Shown piece after piece: positions 15,025-21,697 of a stretch of 32,000 nt of DNA. The stretch covers positions 2,010,001 through 2,042,000 of the forward strand of contig NZ_CP088239.1 of assembly GCF_021054785.1 (NCBI RefSeq), given 5' to 3'. The notes beneath the pieces are model-generated. The model was not told the origin of the DNA and did not search any database. It worked only from the letters and a program-made list of their open reading frames with translations. A program made the translations under genes and the position numbers. Origin of the DNA: Tannockella kyphosi. GTDB taxonomy: Bacteria; Bacillota_I; Bacilli_A; Erysipelotrichales; Coprobacillaceae. Position 1 is the first letter of the stretch, and each line of letters starts with the position of its first letter.

Positions 15025-16320
15025 TTATTGTTCATCAAATAATAATAGATCATCAAAAGTTTGACGACGCACTACTACTTTGCTTTCTCCTTCATGGGTA
15101 AAGACAACTGCTGGTTTTGGTAACTGATTGTAATTAGAAGCCATTGAATAATGATAAGCTCCTGTTGTAAACATTGCCAAAATATCTCCTGGTTGTGGAT
15201 CACTAAGGGCAACATCTTTACATAGAATATCCCCTGACTCACAGTTTTTCCCTGCTACTGTTACAACTGTATCCTTTTCTTTACTTGCTTTATTAACAAC
15301 TAGTGCTTCATATTTTGCATCATATAAGCTAACACGAATGTTATCTGTCATACCACCATCTACACTAATATATTTACGAACACCTGGAATATCTTTATAA
15401 GCTCCAACTGTATATAAAGTAACCCCTGCATTCCCAACTACATACCTACCTGGTTCAATTAGTACCATTGGAACATCAAAGCCTTTTGCTTTGAATCCTT
15501 TGGTAATAATATCCATGATTGTATCTGTAATAAGATCAAAATCTAATGGTTTATCTTCTTTGGTGTAGGCTATTCCATAGCCTCCACCAGCATTTAATTT
15601 CTTAATGACAATTCCAAATGTATCATATATCTCATAACTTAATTGTACAAATTTATGCATTGCATCAACATAGGCTTGAATATCTTCTATTTGAGAACCA
15701 ATATGACAATGTATTCCAACAAACTCAATATGAGAACAATCTAATACTGCTTGAATTGCTTTTAAATAAGTTTCATCATGACTACTAAAACCAAACTTTG
15801 TATCTGTTGCACCTGTTTGAATATATTCATGATTCCCTGCTGTAACTCCTGGAGTGACACGCATTGTTGCTTGTATTATGACATTGTATTGTAATGCATA
15901 TTTTTGGATAAGTTCTATTTCATAGAAGTTATCTACAACAAAGTTTTCTACCCCATTTTTAATAGCGTATTCTATTTCACTAGGTAATTTATTATTTCCG
16001 TGGAAATAAATTTTTTTCTTGTTGAAACCAGCTTTTAATGCTATTGACATTTCTCCTGATGATACTACATCAATACCTATATCATATTGTTTTGCTAGTT
16101 TGTAAATAGCTAAACAACTAAATGATTTAGATGCAAATAATGGCAAAGTATTTGGATACTTTGTCATCATTTCTTGTAATTTATCAAGTCTTGAACAAAT
16201 ATGTCCTTTTGACATTACAAATAAAGGTGTACCATATTCCTTTACCAAATTTATTGATGATACTTCATCAATGAAAAGGTCATCTCCTTTTACTTCTATA
16301 AAATCTCTTTGTAAAACCAT
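15025..16320 (-). CDS. lysA: Diaminopimelate decarboxylase
   Basis: Orn/DAP/Arg decarboxylase fold-III PLP enzyme with EPGRYVVGNAG and GAYHYSMASNYN motifs. Start trimmed to the ATG at 16320 (MVLQRDF, GGGAGAG Shine-Dalgarno); the ORF-track start overlaps dapB. Confidence 0.95.
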   Translation of the reverse strand: MVLQRDFIEVKGDDLFIDEVSSINLVKEYGTPLFVMSKGHICSRLDKLQEMMTKYPNTLPLFASKSFSCLAIYKLAKQYDIGIDVVSSGEMSIALKAGFNKKKIYFHGNNKLPSEIEYAIKNGVENFVVDNFYEIELIQKYALQYNVIIQATMRVTPGVTAGNHEYIQTGATDTKFGFSSHDETYLKAIQAVLDCSHIEFVGIHCHIGSQIEDIQAYVDAMHKFVQLSYEIYDTFGIVIKKLNAGGGYGIAYTKEDKPLDFDLITDTIMDIITKGFKAKGFDVPMVLIEPGRYVVGNAGVTLYTVGAYKDIPGVRKYISVDGGMTDNIRVSLYDAKYEALVVNKASKEKDTVVTVAGKNCESGDILCKDVALSDPQPGDILAMFTTGAYHYSMASNYNQLPKPAVVFTHEGESKVVVRRQTFDDLLLFDEQ

Positions 16321-16328
16321 TGCTCTCC

Positions 16329-17072
16329 CTAATATAAAGTTTTCAAAGTATATAAACCGCACTCTTTATTTTCTAAAGATTTCGCTGCACTAATTGCTCC
16401 TTGTACAAAGACTTCTTTCGATAACGCATTATGAGTTACTTCAATTACTTCGTCCTTTCCAGCAAATACGATTGTGTGTTCTCCAAAGATAGTACCTCCA
16501 CGGATTGCTTGAATTCCCACTTCTTCTTTTTTTCTTTTTTCTCTTGTTTGACTACGATCATAAACAGCTCTCGTATTTGTTACTTCTTCTTCAATAACAT
16601 CATAGATTAATTTAGCTGTACCACTAGGTGCATCTATTTTTTGGTTATGATGCTTTTCAATAATTTCAATATCAAAACCACTATCATATAATTCTTTTGA
16701 TACTGTTCTTAATATTTTTGTAACCATTTGAATTCCTAATGATGTGTTATAAGATTGGAAAATAGCAATTTCTTGACTAGCTTCTTCTATTTTATTTAAT
16801 TGATCTTGATTGTATCCTGTTGTTGCAAGAACTAACTTTGTTTTATTTTTTAAACCATATTCTAATACCATATCTAAATTACTAGGGTGTGAAAAATCAA
16901 TAATAACATCTGCTACTTCATAACACCCTTGTAAGTTTTCATACATTGGTTCTGGTGCTGGTTCATCAAAAAAATTAGATACTACTGCTAATAAGTCCAT
17001 GTCTTCTTGTTCACGAACTTTTGCGGCAACCTTCTTCCCCATAAAACCATAACCTACAACAATCGCTTTCAT
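16329..17072 (-). CDS. dapB: 4-hydroxy-tetrahydrodipicolinate reductase
   Basis: MKAIVVGYGFMGK Rossmann N-terminus and the diagnostic EKHHNQKIDAPSGTA motif. Confidence 0.95.
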   Translation of the reverse strand: MKAIVVGYGFMGKKVAAKVREQEDMDLLAVVSNFFDEPAPEPMYENLQGCYEVADVIIDFSHPSNLDMVLEYGLKNKTKLVLATTGYNQDQLNKIEEASQEIAIFQSYNTSLGIQMVTKILRTVSKELYDSGFDIEIIEKHHNQKIDAPSGTAKLIYDVIEEEVTNTRAVYDRSQTREKRKKEEVGIQAIRGGTIFGEHTIVFAGKDEVIEVTHNALSKEVFVQGAISAAKSLENKECGLYTLKTLY

Positions 17073-17074
17073 TC

Positions 17075-17968
17075 TTAGTACCCTAATGCATCAAATGCAT
17101 CCATTGCTGCAAATAACGCTTCTCTTTTTGCTTGTGTTGTTGGTACTAATGGCATACGTAAAATATTTTTACAAATACCTTTTTTCGATAATGCTGCTTT
17201 GGCATTAATTGGATTTACATCACTAAATAATTGATCATTTAAGTCATCCATATCTAATGCCATTTTCTTTGCTTCTTCCATATTTCCATCTAATATATGT
17301 TGGCATAACATTTGTGTCTCTCTAGGATAAACATTAGAAACAACAGAAATAACTCCTTTTGCTCCTGAAGCCATCATTGGTAAAATAATATCATCATTTC
17401 CTGAATACACTACAAAATCTTCTATATCTCTCGTTTTTGTCATAATTTCTAAAGCATAAGATAAATTACCTGTAGCATCTTTAATACCAACAATATTTTT
17501 ATGTTTTGCAAGTTCTACTACTGTATCTACTTCAATTAACATTCCTGTACGACTTGGTACACAATATAAAATAATTGGAATATTTACACTATCAGCAATC
17601 ATTAAATAATGTTTTAATAAACCTTCTTTCGAAGTTTTATTATAGTAAGGAGTTACTACTAATAACCCATCTACTCCTAAAGACTCTACATATTTACTTT
17701 GATCAATTGCATGTTTTGTATCATTTGATCCAGTACCAGCAATTACTTTGCATTTCCCTTTTGCAACCTTAAGTGCTAATTTTAATAACTCATGTTCTTC
17801 CTCTACTACTAAAGTAGCTGGTTCTCCTGTCGTACCATTTACGATAATAGCTTTTACTCCACCCTCTAGATTACTTCTTACAAGCTTTTCATAAGCTCCA
17901 TAATCTACGCTAAAATCTTCATTCATTGGTGTAACTAATGCTGTCCCGCATCCTTCAAATAATGCCAT
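17075..17968 (-). CDS. dapA: 4-hydroxy-tetrahydrodipicolinate synthase
   Basis: GTALVTPM, VNGTTGE, YYNK motifs. Start trimmed to the ATG at 17968 (MALFEG, AAGGAGAAG Shine-Dalgarno). Confidence 0.95.
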   Translation of the reverse strand: MALFEGCGTALVTPMNEDFSVDYGAYEKLVRSNLEGGVKAIIVNGTTGEPATLVVEEEHELLKLALKVAKGKCKVIAGTGSNDTKHAIDQSKYVESLGVDGLLVVTPYYNKTSKEGLLKHYLMIADSVNIPIILYCVPSRTGMLIEVDTVVELAKHKNIVGIKDATGNLSYALEIMTKTRDIEDFVVYSGNDDIILPMMASGAKGVISVVSNVYPRETQMLCQHILDGNMEEAKKMALDMDDLNDQLFSDVNPINAKAALSKKGICKNILRMPLVPTTQAKREALFAAMDAFDALGY

Positions 17969-17979
17969 ATTCTTCTCCT

Positions 17980-18426
17980 TTATCTTCCTTCGACACAAGC
18001 TACTGCTTGTTCGATTTTATCTTTATCTACTAAGTATGTTATGGATGTATCGGATGTTGTTACTTGATAAAAAGTAATATCATTACTTGCAAGTAAATGA
18101 AATAACTTAGTTGCAACTCCAACAGACTCTTTCATTGCTGTTCCTTCTACATGAAGTTTAGCATACTTTGTACTTTGAAATATTTCTAAAGTAGGATGTT
18201 CCTGCTTTAGTAATTGAATTGCTTTATTCAATTTATCTGCATCTCTTAGATGACAAGTAAACTCAATTAAGCTTTGATCTTCTAAGGTTACCTTAGAAAT
18301 CATATCTACATTTACCCCACAATCACTTACAACAGCAAATATCTTTGCAATATAAAAGGGATGCTTGGTTACATTTAGTAATTTCACTTGAATTACATCT
18401 TTTTCATAACTAACTTTGTTTTCCAT
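17980..18426 (-). CDS. Stand-alone tandem ACT-domain protein resembling the regulatory (beta) part of aspartate kinase
   Basis: 148 aa. The second half, LHVEGTAMKESVGVATKLFHLLASNDITFYQVTTSDTSITYLV, matches the aspartokinase ACT region pattern (..G.GM....GVA.K.F..LA..NI....I.TSE..IS.VV). No amino-acid-kinase catalytic domain is present. First gene behind the L-box. Confidence 0.75.
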   Translation of the reverse strand: MENKVSYEKDVIQVKLLNVTKHPFYIAKIFAVVSDCGVNVDMISKVTLEDQSLIEFTCHLRDADKLNKAIQLLKQEHPTLEIFQSTKYAKLHVEGTAMKESVGVATKLFHLLASNDITFYQVTTSDTSITYLVDKDKIEQAVACVEGR

Positions 18427-18440
18427 AGAATTCTCCTCAA

Positions 18441-18656
18441 ATTAAAAATTGCAATGATATCATTGCAACAAGGTTCCTTCTGTTAACAATGATAGCACAA
18501 CATTACATAACGCAATGACAGTATTATTGATTTTCTCAAATAACACCAGATTTATATGAAAGCGCAACTTCATATCATCTTCGGCAAAACGTTCCCCCAC
18601 TTTTATCTAGTTGCACCTTACAACAAAAGATTCTTAACATCTCGCACCTCTATCTA
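18441..18656 (-). promoter_or_regulatory. Lysine riboswitch (L-box) with terminator expression platform
   Basis: The minus strand reads GATAGAGGTGCGAGATGTTAAGAATC ... GUGGGGGAACGUUUUGCCGAAG ... UCUGGUG ... ACUGUCAUUGCG. These match the conserved L-box blocks of B. subtilis lysC (GATAGAGGTGCGAAC..., AGGGGAGCGTCGCCGAAG, CTGTCA). It ends in the perfect hairpin TTGCAATGAT/ATCATTGCAA plus TTTTTAATTT (18441..18468). The upstream segment GUCAUUGCG can pair with the terminator 5' arm, giving an antiterminator alternative. Confidence 0.8.
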
Positions 18657-18665
18657 ACTACATAA

Positions 18666-18694
18666 AATATAGCATAAAAGGATATTTTTTACAA
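18666..18694 (-). promoter_or_regulatory. Promoter of the L-box / lysine operon
   Basis: Minus strand TTGTAA - 17 nt - TATATT, placing the transcription start a few nt before the first L-box block. Confidence 0.55.
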
Positions 18695-18749
18695 CCATTA
18701 TTCTATATATAAAAATTTAGTAAACTTTACAATAATATTTAGTAAATTA

Positions 18750-18778
18750 TTGACTATTTTTTACTAAAGAGTTAGAAT
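18750..18778 (+). promoter_or_regulatory. Promoter of the LacI-family regulator gene
   Basis: TTGACT - 17 nt - TAGAAT, about 80 nt upstream of the ATG at 18860. Confidence 0.5.
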
Positions 18779-18859
18779 GTTTATGAAAGTAAAATAATTA
18801 ATTTGAATGATTTATTCAATCATTTTTATATAAAACTATCAATAATAAGGAGGTCCTAT

Positions 18860-19864
18860 ATGCCCACATTAAAAGATGTTGCTAAAAGAGCAGGCGTTTC
18901 TTCTTCTACTGTTTCTAGAGTTTTAAATAATGATAAGAGTCTTACTCTTCCTATTGAAACAAAGAAAAAGATATTAGATGCAGCAAATGAACTTAACTAC
19001 ATTAAAAAACAAAAGAAGAATACTCATGAATATACTATGGGGATATTACAATGGTATTCTTTACAACAAGAAATGGAAGATCCTTTTTATCTTTCTATTC
19101 GTACAGGGGTAGAGTTGTTTTGTCAAGAACATAATATTTTAACTACTCGTGTTTTTAAAAGTGATTCTAATTATATGGATAAACTAAAGGGGATTACTAG
19201 TTTGGTTTGTATGGGGAAATTTGGAAAAGAGGAAATGGAGAATTTAGCTCTTATTACAAATAAGATAGTATTTATTGATATGGAAACAAAGTCTATTCAA
19301 TATTCTACTATTTCTTTAGATTTTATAGCAGCTATGCAAACAACAATCGATTATTTATCTTCTTTAAATCATCGTAAGATTGGTTTTTTAGGAGGGCAAG
19401 AGTTTTTAGATGAATCTACTATCTATCCCGATGTCCGTTATGATTTATTTGTTAAAAATTGTGAAAAGTTAGATATTGAATATAAACCTTATGTTATTAA
19501 TGGATCTTTTACAAGAGAGTCTGGATATAATATGATGTTAGACTTAATTCAAAAAGGTACGTTACCTACTGCTATTGTAGCAGCAAGTGATCCGATTGCA
19601 ATTGGAGCTCTTCGTGCTTTAAAGGAAAACAATATTCGAGTACCTGAAGATATTTCTTTGATTGGTTTTGATGATATTGCGGATACAAATTATACCGATC
19701 CACCATTAACTACGATTCATACCCCTTCTTTCCAAATGGGTCAATATGGAGCTTATATTGTCGATCAATTGTTAACAGAAAAGAATTCTTTACCAATGCG
19801 TGTTGTTTTACCTTGTTTCTTAATGGAAAGAGAATCTTGTGTTCTATATAAAAGCGAAGCTTAA
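18860..19864 (+). CDS. LacI/GalR-family transcriptional regulator
   Basis: N-terminal HTH MPTLKDVAKRAGVSSSTVSRVLNN followed by a periplasmic-binding-protein-like sugar-binding fold. Start trimmed to the ATG at 18860 (AAGGAGG Shine-Dalgarno). Confidence 0.9.
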   Translation: MPTLKDVAKRAGVSSSTVSRVLNNDKSLTLPIETKKKILDAANELNYIKKQKKNTHEYTMGILQWYSLQQEMEDPFYLSIRTGVELFCQEHNILTTRVFKSDSNYMDKLKGITSLVCMGKFGKEEMENLALITNKIVFIDMETKSIQYSTISLDFIAAMQTTIDYLSSLNHRKIGFLGGQEFLDESTIYPDVRYDLFVKNCEKLDIEYKPYVINGSFTRESGYNMMLDLIQKGTLPTAIVAASDPIAIGALRALKENNIRVPEDISLIGFDDIADTNYTDPPLTTIHTPSFQMGQYGAYIVDQLLTEKNSLPMRVVLPCFLMERESCVLYKSEA

Positions 19865-19878
19865 TGCTTCGCTTTTTC
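19850..19878. terminator. Bidirectional terminator shared by the convergent LacI and histidine-phosphatase genes
   Basis: AAA-AGCGAAGC-TTAAT-GCTTCGCT-TTTTT, a perfect 8-bp stem. Both TAA stops lie in the loop, and the arms encode the last residues of both proteins. Confidence 0.7.
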
Positions 19879-20445
19879 ATACCATTCTTTTGCTTCTTTG
19901 TTATCTAAGTTTATAGCTTCTATTTCTAATGTTTCACTATTTATTATTGTTATAGAAACGTTTTTTAAAAAAATTCTTCCTTCTCTTTTTGTAGGATCTA
20001 ATTCTTTTATTAAAGCTGCTATTGCAGAGCCATGACTAACTACTAAGATATCATTTTGATACGTTTGACAATAATCATCAAAAGCTTCTTTCATTCTTTT
20101 ACGAACAATTTTATAAGATTCTTCTCCTGGTGCATGTCCATCGGGATATCTTGAATACCTTTCTTTAATAGGTATTCCTTCTGTCACACCAAAGTCTTTT
20201 TCAATAATTCTAGAATCTACTACTATTTTATCAACCTTTGCTTCCTCTATTAAAATATCTCCCGTTTGTCTTGTTCTTATTAGAGGAGATACTATCATCG
20301 CTTCAAAACTCTTATCTTTAAATACTGGTTGTACTTCTCTTGCTTGTTGTTTTCCTGTTTCATTCAAAGGAATATCACTTCGCCCTTGTACAATTTCTTG
20401 TTTGTTATGTTCAGTTTCTCCATGACGAACTAAATATATATACAT
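19861..20445 (-). CDS. Histidine phosphatase superfamily protein (phosphoglycerate-mutase-like, branch 1)
   Basis: MYIYLVRHGETEHN (RHG catalytic motif) and a later VSHG motif. Start trimmed to the ATG at 20445 (GGAGG Shine-Dalgarno 5 nt upstream). Lies 15 nt downstream of the DUF2229-like gene. Confidence 0.85.
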   Translation of the reverse strand: MYIYLVRHGETEHNKQEIVQGRSDIPLNETGKQQAREVQPVFKDKSFEAMIVSPLIRTRQTGDILIEEAKVDKIVVDSRIIEKDFGVTEGIPIKERYSRYPDGHAPGEESYKIVRKRMKEAFDDYCQTYQNDILVVSHGSAIAALIKELDPTKREGRIFLKNVSITIINSETLEIEAINLDNKEAKEWYEKAKH

Positions 20446-20460
20446 AATTTCCTCCAAATA

Positions 20461-21696
20461 TTATAAATTTTCTTTTGCTACAGAAAGCATTAGTTTAATT
20501 CTATTTTCTTGATTTACTTTTGTAGCACCTGGATCATAATCAATTGCTACAATATTTGCTTTCGGGAATTGTTTCACAATTTTACGAACCATTCCTTTTC
20601 CAGCAATATGATTTGGTAAACATCCAAATGGTTGAGCACATACGATATTTCCATATCCTGATTCTGCTAATTCTAACATTTCTGCTGTAAGTAACCATCC
20701 TTCACCCATTTTACACCCATAACCAATAACTGGTTCTACTAATTTTTTTAAGTGTTGATAAGTTCCAGGAGGCGTAAATCTTGTTCCTTGTAATGATTCT
20801 ATTAAATATGTTTCATATTTTGTAAGGAAGTTAAATAACTTTTTACAAACAATATCTTTTATCTTATTTCCACCATATAATTTAATATCTTCAATACGAT
20901 TATCTACTTTAAATAACATAAATCCCATTAATCCAGGAACCATTACTTCACAATCTTGTTCTTGTAAAAACTTTTCTAAATTATTATTTGCAAGAGGAGA
21001 ATATTTTACATAAATTTCTCCAACAATACCTACTTTTACTTTCTTTTCTTCTTTTATTTCTATTTCTTCAAAAGATAATGACATTTCTTTTAAGTATTTT
21101 TTCATTTCTTTTTGAGAATATCCTTTGTTTTGTTCAAATAACTCACTTATTTTTACAGTCCATTGTTCTAATAAAGTATCTGTTTGTCCTTTTTTTATTT
21201 CATAAGGTCTAACTTGGTTACTTAATAACATCAATAAGTCTCCATAAACAGCTGCTGCTACCATTCTTCTAATAAGCGGTAATGATAACTTAAAACCACT
21301 ATTCTTTTCTAAACCAGACATATTAATAGAAATAACTGGAATATCACCTAATCCTGCATTTCTTAATCCTTTTCTAAGTAAATGGATATAATTAGAAGCA
21401 CGACATCCACCTCCTGTTTGAGACATGATTAAAGCAGTGTGTTCTAAATCATAATCACCACTTTTTAATGCACTTATCATTTGACCACTAGTTAGTAATG
21501 CTGGATAGCAAGTATCATTATGAATATATTTTAATCCTTCATCAATGACACTTTGATCTGTATTCGTTAGTATTTCCATCGTATATCCATAACTAGTAAA
21601 TATTTTTTCTAATATTTTAAAATGAACATTCAACATATTTGGTACTAATATTTTATGTGTTTTCTTCATTTCTTTTGTGAATTCAACTCTATCCAT
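20461..21696 (-). CDS. Acyl-CoA dehydratase activase-related protein (DUF2229 / HgdAB-like module), uncharacterised
   Basis: About 411 aa. The pattern ILVPNMLNVHFKILEKIF... HNDTCYPALL ... GGGCRASNY ... CAQPFGCLPNH is typical of proteins encoded next to or fused with HgdC/BcrAD-type ATPases. Start trimmed to the ATG at 21696 (GGAGG Shine-Dalgarno; 1 nt after the upstream stop). Confidence 0.75.
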   Translation of the reverse strand: MDRVEFTKEMKKTHKILVPNMLNVHFKILEKIFTSYGYTMEILTNTDQSVIDEGLKYIHNDTCYPALLTSGQMISALKSGDYDLEHTALIMSQTGGGCRASNYIHLLRKGLRNAGLGDIPVISINMSGLEKNSGFKLSLPLIRRMVAAAVYGDLLMLLSNQVRPYEIKKGQTDTLLEQWTVKISELFEQNKGYSQKEMKKYLKEMSLSFEEIEIKEEKKVKVGIVGEIYVKYSPLANNNLEKFLQEQDCEVMVPGLMGFMLFKVDNRIEDIKLYGGNKIKDIVCKKLFNFLTKYETYLIESLQGTRFTPPGTYQHLKKLVEPVIGYGCKMGEGWLLTAEMLELAESGYGNIVCAQPFGCLPNHIAGKGMVRKIVKQFPKANIVAIDYDPGATKVNQENRIKLMLSVAKENL

Positions 21697-21697
21697 A

